64,000 nt of DNA from assembly GCA_022605425.2 (NCBI GenBank), contig JAKIMF020000004.1, positions 1,240,001 through 1,304,000 of the forward strand, written 5' to 3'. Shown one piece after another: positions 48,901-61,417 of this stretch (within the stretch, counting starts at the first letter, position 1; each line of letters begins with the position of its first letter). Made by a program: the position numbers and the translations under genes. The notes beneath the pieces are model-generated. The model ran no database searches. It was not told the origin of the DNA and saw nothing but the letters and a program-made list of their open reading frames with translations. Source of the DNA: Hamiltosporidium tvaerminnensis FI-OER-3-3 (lineage: Eukaryota > Fungi > Microsporidia).

Positions 48901-49860
48901 AAATATATGATTTATAAGATTGTAAAATTATTCTATTTAAGTTTCAAACCCGAGTTTTTGATTATTTTATGTTTCTGTATTAAAAATGGTAATATTCATA
49001 TTCTCTGAGTGTTTTGAGTTTGAACGAAGCATAGTTTCTGATCAATGAAAATCAAATTATTGTCGAAATTTCATTTCTCACAGAAACATATGCCTAGGCA
49101 TTTAATATTCGAAAAAATCAATTGATTGTATTTAAATTATGAGTATTTCATATTAGTTATACATATTTATCAATTTAAAAAAATTTATCTTTATTTCTCT
49201 TTTGTTTAGAATTAAAACATATTGATATTTTGATCTTATGATTATACATCAGATAACTGTTCACTTATACATTCTGATGGTTTTTTAAACCTCATATGAA
49301 ATTTTGTTAAAAAAAATTACATGATAATCGTGTTGTGTACACTTTAAGCTATTCATAAATTTACAAACAAACCTTTATTTTTATTTTTGATTTTACATAG
49401 GCAATTTTTTATTCAGTGTAGTTAAATAATGTGTGTTTGTATATAATGATATGTTTTTCAATGAATTTTTAAAATACTTAGTCGAAACCAGACACGAAAC
49501 TACTAACTTGACAATTTCAAAGGAGGTTTTTTTTATAAAAGCAGAATATGCAATATTACAAATATTTTTTTAACGTATTCTATTTTTAAAAAAAGAAACA
49601 AGTTTCAATTTCTTTATTTGAAAATCAGAATAGAACTATTTTTGATTTTTTTAAGTTATGTAAATGCATTGATATTTAACCTAGTCGTATACAAGAAAAG
49701 AATTTAGAATATTATCCCATGCAAACTTTTAAAGATAAAATTAAGAGCTTGGTTGATTTTTCTCGAAACATCTATTAATATTCATAGTTTTTTATTAATT
49801 GTGACTTTTTGACCCAAATAATTACAAACTCTTTTTTATACATTAATTATTTAATAATAG

Positions 49861-50593
49861 AACAACATATTTATTTTATTTAAAAATATCACATCTTTTT
49901 AAAATAGTGGAAAGTGTTATATTTGTTTTCATGACATTAACGCAGTTCTAGGTTTAACATAAATGACTGCTACCCCAACACTCTATCGGTAACCCCTGCG
50001 ATACCTACGTCCCAATGACTTTCATCTACCAGATGTGTAGAACCTATATAATAGGCGAGGTAGTTGCCCGGAGTTCGTTAATGTCCTTTGTATTGAGTGA
50101 AATAGAAGCACCCCCTGGGCTCCCCCAAGACTATGCAGCATTCCTACTTACTCTACCCTTTCTGAACCCAATAAACTTCTAGCTAAGATATATTTCAGAG
50201 ATTTACATGGGATCCACCTAGACAGTGCAATGTCATACCAGCAGGTATAACCTGCTACTTAGCTCTCCCGGCTTTTAATGGGTTTTATTTTTATATCTCC
50301 CAGTCGCTAAGTCTTCTAACCCGAGTGAGCAGGCTAGGCTTCCATGCTTTTACATGGCAATTACCTACAATTTCAGCTGCGGTGCAATCTGGTTACATAA
50401 AAAACTACAAATAAATTTGTAGAAAAAGTTTGGCTATTTCTTAAACCTCTCCTCTTCATCAAACTCCTATGGAACAACCGAAGATACAGTGTGGTTTTAT
50501 TCCCACCAAAAATCCAAACAATGATTTCATTTATCAATCTCACACACTCATTGCCAAGCAGAAAGGTTTTTCTGCGGTTATCCTCCCTCCACC
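49861..50593 (-). mobile_element. ~730-bp non-coding element, family A, copy 2
   Basis: Inverted homolog of 527-1254. Flanked by a candidate 16-bp TSD with one mismatch: aattatttaataatag (49845-49860) and aattctttaataatag (50594-50609). Contains multiple hairpins. Confidence 0.8.
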
Positions 50594-52296
50594 AATTCTT
50601 TAATAATAGTAATTTTATTATAGATAAAAATATAAAATTGTATTTTTCTTAAACTTTTAGTGTAAAATATGTTTTTTTTTTTCATTTCTCGTAACACTTC
50701 GTAAGAAATTTCTCTATAAATGTTTGTTGAATTTTACGTTTTGATATATATTTCATTAAGTTTTGATATAGTATTTAATATAGTTCTTACTTAAATATAA
50801 AATAGGTGAGGATGCGCATGTTGTAATATTTCTATTACAAAATATTCTGAATATACTTTGGAAAAAAATTTAATAAAAAAATACTTGTAATGTAATATCT
50901 AACCAGATACGTTTATCTAAAAAAATCACAAAACACAAATTTTCTACAGATTTCTAATACTTCACTTGTTCATTTATATCAAGCTTATCTAAAAGAACTT
51001 CTATATCGGGAAACATAATTTAGGAGAAATATTCAGAAAAATTTTACTTTATTTTTTCTAGCTTACACATTTTTACAAAATATGCAATTCTTTTTGTTTT
51101 AACCTGATTATATAATGACTAAACGATGATCTTGGTTTTACGGTGATTTAACTGACTTTCATATCTTCCATTCACCGGTTTTTTATATGCAAAATATATA
51201 ATTTTATTCTTTAGGTTCTAGTCGGTTTCACAAAATTCAACACTAAACCAGAAGAGTATATTAAAAATAAACTTTTCAAAAATAATTTGTACTTGTTTAA
51301 ATATAATATGGAACTTTATGATTTGAATAGGCTAATAGGTTTAATAAGAATTAAAAGTAAAATTGCATAATTAGATAGTAAACTTATTTGCCAGTGATGT
51401 TATTTTGATTCATAAAAATCGATATTAATAGCAACAATGAAATTATACTTTAAATTAAATAATCTATATATTTATATCTTCTTTTTTCTGTATATTCATT
51501 TATTTTTATGATTGAAATCATTATGGAGATAGATTGGTTTATATGAATTATTATTTACTGTATATTCAAATCTAATTATTTTATGTTTTTTTTAAAATTT
51601 TAAAATAAAAATTTCTATGTTTTAAACGGATGAATCGTTTCAAGAAAATAATATTATAATAAGCTAAAAATATCTTTTTTTATTTAAATGAAGTATATTT
51701 TCGTAACTTGCGCACTTTCTTATGCAAATTACCAAGGATTTAATTCTAAACAATAAAGTGTTCTATTCGTTTGTATCTAATTGTTTTTCTGATGATATTT
51801 AGATTCTGCTATTTATTTTAAACATATACTCGCATTTCGTTAATATTACTATTATTCGCTTGGTTGAATTTACACTTATTTTACATGATATAGTTTAATC
51901 GAGTTACATAATTTTTGAAAAAAATATTCAATAAATATTTGTAATCTAAAAGTATTTATGTGTGTTCTTTTTTCAAAAAGTCGATTTACCTTAGCCGGGT
52001 CGGTTTATAAGGAACTGTGTGTTGTAGATTAGGCTGATATTAAGGAAAATAAACCGAATTTTATAAATATTATTATATTTTAGTCAATTTACCGTTTATA
52101 TATTCGTCCTATAAATAAATTAAATGTTGCTTTTCTAATACATAAAAAATAAGCTGTAATTTCGACAACTATTGGTCTTATCAGAAAGTATACATAATTT
52201 AGAAAGCTATTTTTAGATACAATTTTGATAAATAGATTATCCAATTACTATTTATAGCAATAATATTTGTACAAATGTTGAAAAAATAATTACGCC

Positions 52297-54296
52297 ATGT
52301 TTTTTAATTTATTTGTTTGTTTGGAAATTTTGCATTGTTATACTGGTTTGAATGGTGATCCAACAATTGTTGAAAACTGTTAAATTGAAGTAGACTTTGT
52401 GCCACAGACGAATCGATAAATTTTTGAAATAATTCAAAGCATAGATTCCCGCATGCTGCCATATGAAGTAAATGAATTGAGTTCTGTTGTATCATATTAC
52501 ATTGAGTATGTCAAAATACATACAAATTTTTTTCATCACAAATTTTTAACACGCTGCATATGCTTGATCGTCTGCTTAATACCTCAAAGGGATCAGCCAT
52601 ATTTAATCAGATATAAGACAGAGCTTCTTTTTAATATTATATCATTCGCAAAACTGTATGAATATAGCAGATGCAATAAGGAAATGAACGATTTTGAAAA
52701 AACAAGAATGGTTTCACTTTTTAAAACCAGACTGAAAACTTCAGAACACAGAGAATATATCTGTAGAAAACCGGGAATAAGACCTGATAAAATAGATAGT
52801 GACTGTCCATTAATTATAAAAAATATTGAATCCAGTTTTTATCATAGTAGTAATATAGATAACGAAATAATAAAAAATACGAAAGTTATAGTTGAAGAAA
52901 GTACACGGTCAGCTCTTAAAAATTATCTCAAAAGTGGATCTTTTGAACAGATATATTCTTTTTATTTGTATTTAAAGCCTTAATTTTTTTTGGAATAAAT
53001 GGCAAGATTTGAATGATAAAATCATTCTGTTTTCTTTAAATGAATTTTTTTTTACAAGAATAATTTTGATCAGATGGTGTATCTTAATTTGTCTTTAACA
53101 AAAGATATATATATAAAATTTGATTAAGTAAAATATAAAGAATTTATGATGTTCATTTCTGAACCATACATCAATACTGTTTTAAATAAATCTTCAAGGT
53201 TTGATTCCATTTTCGAATTTTCTGAAGAGACTTTTTTGCGTAAAGATGAAAATTTTTATAAGAAATTCCCACAATATCTTTTAGAATTTTTATAGAAAAA
53301 CCGTACAAAAATCAAATAAATTCTATTTATAGTTTTTTAATTGATATATCTGAACCACAGTTCTATGGCGATATCTCTTTGGTCCTTGGCTCGAAATTCC
53401 TTTGCTTCAACCAAAAAATATGCACTAAAGGAATATTATTGCGAATAATCTTAGAATGCATATTTTTAACCTATATTTTAAGAGCGCAAATGTTTAAGGT
53501 AGTACGATTGGTTTCAAGAGAAACCTACGAGCCTATTTCATTGCAAATTTTAGAAAAAAATCTACCAAATCAAAATATCGAAATCAAAATTCCATTTCAT
53601 AGAACAGTACTTATCCAAAGATATATTCCAGAAGCATTCGCATTTTTCGAAAAAACAAACATAATGATTTCACTTGCAAATCAAGCTTTAAAACTGAAAA
53701 TATGCAAGCTGTTAGAAAAAAAATTAACGGAACTTAAATTAAAAACTTATTTTTCAATAGACAGCAATTTGGAAAACTATTTTATATATCTTTTGACTTT
53801 GGAATTAGATAATACTCCTGAGGCTCCATCTTCACTTGAACCCGTATCTCTACTGCTACCCGAACCAGAATCTAAACCTGTACGAGAGCCTGAAACAATA
53901 CGAGAACCGGAAACAAAACAAGAACCTGCACTTAAACGAGAGCCCGAAACAAAACGAGAAACTGCACCTAAACATGCATCTGAGCGTGCGCCTGAGGCCA
54001 TTGCGAATAAACCATTTAAAAATGTCCATAAAAAAGAAAACACCCCGAACACCAAAGTTGAGCAAAACAACAATGGAAATAACCTCGAAAATTTAACCGA
54101 AATGACTAGCGGTAGCAAATTAAAAAAACAAAAGTCAAATACATTAGAAAGTGAAATAGAATCCAAAACATCAGAAGAAAAGCTCCAAAAGGGAAATAAT
54201 GGATTTATAACGATCTTAATAGTGGTATTGGTTTTTACATCGGTCATTGGTATATTTGCGGCTGGATATTGGATCTATATTAAGCAATTAGAATAA
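52297..54296 (+). pseudogene. Decaying ~660-codon type I membrane protein gene (includes ORFs 52453-52983 and 53379-54296)
   Basis: ATG 52297 begins the signal-like MFFNLFVCLEILHC, in frame with 52453 across two TAA codons. A coding-like read continues through 52983-53378 with further stops and shifts into the intact 3' ORF, which has REPET repeats and a C-terminal TM (FITILIVVLVFTSVIGIFAAGYWIYI). Confidence 0.65.
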
Positions 54297-54905
54297 AGTT
54301 TTTTGGTTTATATTTCATAAAATTTAGTTTCGTTGAAAAATGACTTTTAAAAAGCCTAAAAAAATCGAGAAGCATTTTATAATAAAACTAGCCGTTAAGC
54401 TCCTAGATATAAACTTTCTTTTAAATTCATAAGAAAAAAATCCTAAACTTTATTATCTAAGCTATAGTTTCCTAACCTTCTCAATATGAATTTCTTATTC
54501 CCACCACCTAGCCTGTTTCTCGTATATTTTTTTGGTTTTTCATTTGCAAATTATTGCCTTCTTTGAGCAATTTCTCAATAAAAATTTAGGCTTTTTGTAA
54601 CCTGCACTTTCTCTTCTTTTTTTTATATTTACTTCCAATTTTTGAGAGCTTTAGATTGGCTTTAATATTATGTCTAATCATTTTCCAACTACTTTTATTC
54701 ATTTATTCGTTTTTTTCGAAGAAATTTATTGTTGTGAAGTGTTTTATTTGATGTAAAACCATGTTTTTTTTAACGATACGCTTTTTTGTTAATTTATTTA
54801 TGTATAAATTCATACATATTTTTATTAAAAATCTTTCACTTTAATCAAGTAATAAGTTTCACGAAGATATTCAAGCTAAATTGTTTTACGCAATCATTAT
54901 TGAGA

Positions 54906-55148
54906 TTCCCCAACATGCCGGGAGCAGAATTGGCTTGGAGTATTCTCTGCTTATCGTAAGATGCGACTGAAAGGGACTGATCGTCCATGTTAGGGTTGGA
55001 CGTAGGGCTAGCAACCCATCCTTTAAAACTACTTTGTTACGAAACCCGATAAGTAAACAAACCCACTGGAAAAAGACCGGGGGGCGGTGTTACTAAGGGA
55101 GGCCAAGGCTCGCACAGGGCTGTAGTGCCAAGGATGAATGAATGAATT
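54906..55148 (+). mobile_element. RTE-derived bipartite SINE, copy 2
   Basis: Homolog of 3964-4203 with a (TGAA)3 tail. TSD attattgaga at 54896-54905 and 55149-55158 (14 bp allowing one mismatch). Confidence 0.8.
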
Positions 55149-56675
55149 ATTATTGAGAATATAAATATATTACAAAGAAGAATTTTAGAAAAGCATAAAT
55201 TTTATCATACGGGTTCTTATGTAACTGTAAAGTATTTGAATGAGATCTCAACAAAGCGATGTAATTTTTTTTAAAATGAAAACGTTAGAAAAATAAAAAA
55301 AATATCTATTATGTTATCCTTGCTACATATTACAATCTATAAAGAAATTTTACAATTTTTATTTCAAATATTTTTTTGAACTAATAGAATTTTTTTAATG
55401 GTTTTATGTTCACTTCTACTCACTATTATTGGTTGTGTAAGATTTATGAAAAAAAGTAGAAAGAGACATATCTTAATTGGAGCACCCTTATTGGTGTCTT
55501 ATATTCGTTAAACCAATTAAACATTTCACATAAGTTCGTCGTCGTCGGGACATTACTGAATTATATAAATGATAACTTATAAATTATAAATTTTTTAGAG
55601 AATTTAAAAATTATTTGGATCATTTTTTTCAATAGTTTTTTTCATTTGGCTTGGTTTGCCCGACAAAATTTAAGCAGAAAGAACGGCGATTTGCCTTCAA
55701 GGGTTGTATCTATTAGCCATTTACTATGAAATATCTTCGGTTTTTTTTTCATAATTTGAAAGATCTTTTAATATTATACATCTAATTATATTTTAAACTC
55801 ATTAAGAAACATTATTCGGAATAAAGAAGAAGCTAAAATAGATATTTCTGAATTCCTGAAAAAACTCATATGTATTCTGTAACACGCCATAAATTATAAA
55901 TTGCGTGATTTTGTTAATTTTTTTATTAATGGTATAAAATTTTTACCCATTCTTCTAAGTAAACTTTAATATGTGTTTTTTACTCAAATGGACTTGTACT
56001 TTTCTAGGTTGCTTAAAACTATACATAAATTATTTACAAGTTACAATACTAAACTATAAATATATTTTAATGCGAAACCTTCTAAAAAATGATCAATCGA
56101 TGTATAAAAAAATCCGTGAAAATCTTCAGAGTTTTATAGCAAAAAAATACTATGAATGTATCATACGGGAAAAGAAAAATTTTACATATTTAACTGTTTA
56201 CCGAAAATAAATATAAAAAACTTGGCATAAAACTAAAAAAGTATCCTTATTAGCATTTTTAGTATATTTTTTCTATAATAATATTTCAGAGTATATTTTG
56301 CAATGTTCAATAAAAATTTAATTCTAAATATTTGATATGTTTAAAGAATAAGAAATAATCAAAAGTTTTTGAACCTTATTTAAAGTATAAATATCCTAAT
56401 GATTTACAATATATGGAACTCCCATAGTACATATAATCAGAAATAAGGTGGATAATATTTCAAAGTCTTTGAGAAATAATAAATTTATTATCCTTATTTT
56501 GAATGATAAAACAAAAAAGGATGTTTATATAACTCTTAACATAGTCTTAATAGAAAGAAAAAAGAAAGAGAATAGCCGACAAAAATATTATATTTAACAA
56601 TGTTCATAAAAAACACTAAAAATAAAATTTTGTATTCTTATAAATACACATTTAAGATTTCTTGATAAAAAAATA

Positions 56676-57045
56676 CTAGCTTACCCGCCGCTTGTGGCTG
56701 GGACAATAAAATATGCTAAATTCAAGTATAATAACAACAAAAAAATAAATTATTTCATTCATTTGAATAGTATTTATATTTTTTTAGAGTCTTTTTGAAC
56801 ATTTATGTTCTTGTTTATTTGTTCTGATGTCTAAACGAAAAGATAAAGAGAGATTTGCTTAAATAAAGTGGCTACATAGAGTTTCATGTAAAGACTACAA
56901 TTTAACCAAATATATTTTACACACTGTAGCGTTTACTCTTCTGGGTTTTATTCTTTCTAAATATGAGTCGTAAGGAAACTTACACTTTTAAATGACTTAT
57001 TCGTTAGAACCTTAATAATGAATGGGAATAGTAAATCGCATATTA
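56676..57045 (-). mobile_element. Helitron 3' end remnant
   Basis: The minus strand ends in a GC hairpin cccagcc-acaagc-ggcggg followed by taagCTAG|T. Upstream are decayed Pif1-helicase motifs FPFIIKVLTNKS (compare QFP..FAMTINKSQG) and VFT..LYVA (compare VFSHGQLYVA). Confidence 0.55.
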
Positions 57046-57903
57046 AGATTACATGTATTATATTATCACCTTTTGCTGTATTACACATTCAAATAACACC
57101 TTATCCTATTTCCCCTTATCCTTAAACCTCTTTAATATACAACTATCTATTTTAACAACCCATTAACCCAAAATAAATCTACCAACAATCTTTAAACTAG
57201 TATTTCAAATTAACACCATCTAAATTCACCCAGTATTATTAACACTTTTTATAAGAATTCCATAATAAATCCTTTAGTTAATCTACATTTATAATTAAAA
57301 CATTAACCCTTTATAGAAAAATTTACGTCTTTTTTACAGAAATAACACCCTTTATTTACAGTCTATAAATACAGGCACATAAAAATTTTTATATATAGAT
57401 GAACAAGGTGTGAATATAAGGAAAAAAAATGTAAGAACAAAATAATAATTGATTTGATAAACTTTTAAGTCAAAAAAATGTGCTGAAATTTTAATTCAAA
57501 ATATTTTTCGCACTTTTTAAGGTGGAAAGTTAGTTTAAAAAGTATTTTATGTTTACAAAATATATTATTGAAGTAACTCAAAGAAATATGAGTTGGATTC
57601 AAGAAAAAAAGACTTAAATATGGATTCAATTTGTTAAAATATCCAGAGGAATTTAATTGGGTGTATAATTTAACTATAAAATTCATATTTTTTTAGTCTT
57701 TAACAATATTTTGAAAAATTTTAATACAAATGTTACAAGTGAATTTCAAAACAAATGGAAAAATACGCCTGATGTATATTTACAAGTTTTTCTTCTATTC
57801 GTGTTTCAAGATAAAACAGGTTCGTTTCATGAATGAAAATACAATTCTATTGGTTAGTTTCGTGTCGATGGTATATAAATGAGAAGAGTAAACAAAACAT
57901 AAC

Positions 57904-60900
57904 ATGAAGAACATACTTTTATGCCAGAATTGGATAATTTTTGGTTGTGTACTTACAAAAATATTTGATCCGATTGATATTAACAGCATTTACAAAAATA
58001 ACAATGCCAATGAAACCAATACTCGTATTTCTATGTTTGATGGTGGAGGCGAAGGTGAGAGTGAGAAAAACAAGGATGAAATAGGTAAATCAGAGCATTA
58101 TAAAGCTCGTGTATCACTTATTGATAATATTATTTCTAAATCTATTGAGGGTTCAAAGAGTGCTTTTCCTAAGAGTGAAGATGATCAAAAGAAAGTTTTG
58201 ACATTGGTAGAATTGGATGTAAGAAACGAAGAACCTTTTGACAAAAAGAAAATGAAATTTACAGTTTCTGGTTCCGAAGGTGGTAAAAAGAAGGCCAAAA
58301 AGACCAAAACAATTCAAAAAACAATTTTTATTAAAGATTATATGGGAAATGAAACAAAGGAAATAAATGGTGTGGATGATGAAAAGGATTTTATAACGAA
58401 GAATGAGCCTTCAAGTATTCTTATTTCTGATATCCCTGATTTAGAATCTAAGAAAGCAAAACCTATAGAGAATAAGGAACCAACTAAACACTGGACAACA
58501 ATTTATGGTAAAGATGGCTTGGAAAAGGTTTTAATGGATGTAAAGACGATAACTATTGTAGAGTCCATCATAGAAGAGCCAGCAAAGGCACAGACTATAG
58601 ATTCGGCAAAAGAAACGAATCGAAATACAGAAGAGCCTTTCGGAATTACATCCAAGAATATTTTGGATATAAAAAAAGGTATCAAAAATGAAAATGGCGA
58701 TTCTAAGGAAGTTAAATCAAAATTATTTTCTTCAATTTATGAAAGTCTTACAAAAAAAGCATCTGTATTAGAAAGCATGTCTATTCTTGGTGAAAGTATA
58801 AAGAAAACTGACAAGAAGTCTTCGACTATCGGAAAATTCGTGCATCATTTAAGTTCCACCGAGACTGAACCATACAAAACATCAATACAAATTTCAAACG
58901 CAATTTCACAAACTGGATATAAAACATCAGAATCATCTATTTCAGCAGAAAAAGAAGATTCAAAAGTTTCTAAGTCAAACGAAAAGGAAATTTCTCGTAG
59001 TTTGAATTCTAAAAGTGAAATTGCATCCAAGGAAAGTATTAGTTTATCCAAGAGCAAAGAAAAAGCAGATGAAAGTATTTCTAAGTCTTTACAAGAAGTA
59101 TCTAAAGAGAAATCAAAGAGTAAAGAAGAGGAACAAAAGAGTTTTTCAAAATCTTATAAAGAGGCTTCTAAAAAGAAATCAAAGAGTGAAGAAGAGGCAA
59201 GTGAAAGTATCTCAAAATCTTCTAAAGAATTTAAAAAAGAAAAGTCCAAAAGTGCGGAATCAGTTTCTAAAGAATTTAAACAATCCTCAAAAGAGCAATC
59301 TAAAAGCCTGAAAGAATTAAAAAAATCAACATCTTCAAAATCAAAGGAAGAAACCAATTTGTCAAATTCAAATGCATCTGTAGAAACTAAAAAACAAAAT
59401 GGGTTTTTCGATATCATCAAAGGAGCCGAAGGTGCACAAAAAACTTCCTCATTCACCATATCACCTTCTATTAGTGCACAATCTATACAAAAAATTTCGA
59501 AGGCTGAAAAAACAACATTCGCTCAAACTGGGACTATTTCGACACAAAATATAGAATCGATTTCTAAATCTATGAAAGACGCATCAAAGAGTATATCAAA
59601 AGAACAGGAGAAATCTTCAGAATCTATTTCTAAATCTATGAAAGACGCATCAAAGAGTATATCAAAAGAACAGGAGAAATCTTCGGAATCTATTTCTAAA
59701 TCTATGAAAGATGCATCAAAGAGTATATCAAAGGAACAGGAGAAATCCTTGGAATCAACCACAAAATCAATGAAAGATGTTTCGAAGAGTATTTCAAAAG
59801 AGCTAGAAAAATCTTCAGAATCAGAATCTAAATCCTCAATAAGTGTCTCTAAGTCAATTAAAGATGTTTCAAAAAGCATTTCTAAAGAAAAAGAGAAATC
59901 AGTAGAATCAGCTTCAAAAATATCATTAAGCATCTCTAAATCATTGGTTGAAGTATCAAAGAGTATTTCCAAAGAATCAGTAAAATCTTCTGAATCTTTT
60001 TCTAAATCTATGGTTAAGGCATCAAAGAGTATTTCCAAAGAATCCGTAAAATCATCTGAATCTTTTTCTAAATCTATGATTGAGGCATCAAAAAGTATTT
60101 CCAAAGAATCCGTAAAATCTTCTGAATCAATTTCTAAATCTATTCAAACACTTTCAAAACAAAAATCCAAAAGCCTTGAATCAAAACAAGAACAAAAATC
60201 AGAATCTGCAAAAGAAAAATCAGAAAGTATTGAAGAAAGAAAAGAAGAGAAATCCAAATATCATAAAGAAATGGAAAAGAGTATCAGTAAACAAACTATT
60301 TCGTCACAAGAACAACAATCAAAATCAAGTAAAACAGTATCTGCTAGTATTGAAAATAATAAAAAGGATACTTCGAAATCTCTCGACAAAATATCCCGTT
60401 CACTTCAAAAGGAATCTAGTAAATCCGAAAGTAAAAACCGTACCACTTCATCCAAAAAAACAATCCATGCCGAACAACCACAAAGTGCCTCATTTTCTAC
60501 CACTTCTCCCTTTAAAGTTCTGGATGTGTTTAAAATGGCTGTAAATCCACCCACCTCTCTCACTTCTAATAATACATCATTTTCCAAAGGATTAGACGTC
60601 ACCACATCATCTAATATTCTCATCAAAAATAAGCAATTATCTTCAAATGCAACTCTTGCAATTTCACAAACCATTTTACCCACAACCATAAATTCTTCTA
60701 CACAGATCAGCACGAAAAAAGAAGATAAAAAAGAAAACAAAGGATTAAGTAATACCTTTACTTCGATATCCCCCACTTCCACAAGTAAAAAAGACAAAGG
60801 AAAGGCAGAAAAGGAGACAAAAAAAGAAAAAGACACGTCATTCACGTCAATATCCCCAACTATCACAAATAAGAGTTACAATACGAAGATAGAAAAGGAT

Positions 60901-61356
60901 AAAATTAAAGATAGGAGTAACACACATACATCTATATCCCAAAGTCAAGGTACAAAAACTTCTCTCCTTAAAAGTAAAACATTAGAAAGTATTTCATCTT
61001 TATTACAACGGTCAAGCATATTAAACAATATAAAAAGTATAATGAAAGGTAAGAATGTAGATTACGATACGATAGAAATCAACGAAACATCAGATTCTTC
61101 GTCACAAGAAAGTAATATTCCTATTTCAAGTATAATAAATATATTAAAAAATATGCCTAATACACCCGATATTTCTTCTAATAAAAATGCACATGAGATA
61201 CTTAAAAAGGTAAATGAGCAGAATAATGTTAATAAGAATGGACCAGTGTTTGTAACAGGTCGTATTAATCAAGGTAATGATACTGGTACTGATAAAGGAG
61301 ATGGGTTTAAGTTTTGGGGGTTTATTTCCTCGGCACTTAATAACAGAGAAGAATAG
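57904..61356 (+). CDS. Secreted 1150-aa Ser/Lys/Glu-rich repeat protein
   Basis: Signal-like MKNILLCQNWIIFGCVLT, a long SKS-rich helical repeat region, an S/T-rich linker and a short non-repetitive C-terminal motif PVFVTGRI..GFKFWGFI. Confidence 0.85.
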   Translation: MKNILLCQNWIIFGCVLTKIFDPIDINSIYKNNNANETNTRISMFDGGGEGESEKNKDEIGKSEHYKARVSLIDNIISKSIEGSKSAFPKSEDDQKKVLTLVELDVRNEEPFDKKKMKFTVSGSEGGKKKAKKTKTIQKTIFIKDYMGNETKEINGVDDEKDFITKNEPSSILISDIPDLESKKAKPIENKEPTKHWTTIYGKDGLEKVLMDVKTITIVESIIEEPAKAQTIDSAKETNRNTEEPFGITSKNILDIKKGIKNENGDSKEVKSKLFSSIYESLTKKASVLESMSILGESIKKTDKKSSTIGKFVHHLSSTETEPYKTSIQISNAISQTGYKTSESSISAEKEDSKVSKSNEKEISRSLNSKSEIASKESISLSKSKEKADESISKSLQEVSKEKSKSKEEEQKSFSKSYKEASKKKSKSEEEASESISKSSKEFKKEKSKSAESVSKEFKQSSKEQSKSLKELKKSTSSKSKEETNLSNSNASVETKKQNGFFDIIKGAEGAQKTSSFTISPSISAQSIQKISKAEKTTFAQTGTISTQNIESISKSMKDASKSISKEQEKSSESISKSMKDASKSISKEQEKSSESISKSMKDASKSISKEQEKSLESTTKSMKDVSKSISKELEKSSESESKSSISVSKSIKDVSKSISKEKEKSVESASKISLSISKSLVEVSKSISKESVKSSESFSKSMVKASKSISKESVKSSESFSKSMIEASKSISKESVKSSESISKSIQTLSKQKSKSLESKQEQKSESAKEKSESIEERKEEKSKYHKEMEKSISKQTISSQEQQSKSSKTVSASIENNKKDTSKSLDKISRSLQKESSKSESKNRTTSSKKTIHAEQPQSASFSTTSPFKVLDVFKMAVNPPTSLTSNNTSFSKGLDVTTSSNILIKNKQLSSNATLAISQTILPTTINSSTQISTKKEDKKENKGLSNTFTSISPTSTSKKDKGKAEKETKKEKDTSFTSISPTITNKSYNTKIEKDKIKDRSNTHTSISQSQGTKTSLLKSKTLESISSLLQRSSILNNIKSIMKGKNVDYDTIEINETSDSSSQESNIPISSIINILKNMPNTPDISSNKNAHEILKKVNEQNNVNKNGPVFVTGRINQGNDTGTDKGDGFKFWGFISSALNNREE
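59550..60160 (+). repeat. Coding 66-bp (22-aa) tandem repeat SISKSMKDASKSISKEQEKSSE, with two 29-aa variant units
   Basis: tttctaaatc recurs at 59561, 59627 and 59693. Confidence 0.9.
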
Positions 61357-61417
61357 GAACAGTAGAAGTGGTTTTATTAAAGTATTTAAATAGTATTTTT
61401 TTTAGTGAATTTTATTT

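Noticed and set aside
50125-50230. Group I intron R/S-like words (agactatg, aagatatatttc) in family A
   Set aside because: P7 pairing fails (tattt instead of tagtc) and there is no host exon context.
52297-53340. Stop-codon reassignment (TAA/TAG read as sense)
   Set aside because: Frameshifts co-occur with the stops, and intact genes in the window terminate at TAA/TAG. Pseudogenisation is simpler.
54915-54985. HDV-like ribozyme fit in the RTE SINE head (gagcaga/tctgctt as P1)
   Set aside because: The 17 nt inside the putative P1 cannot supply P2 and P3 with the required downstream pairing.
57060-57360. Telomere-like taaccc words
   Set aside because: Isolated rather than tandem; part of the C-rich AATAACACC-type low-complexity tract.
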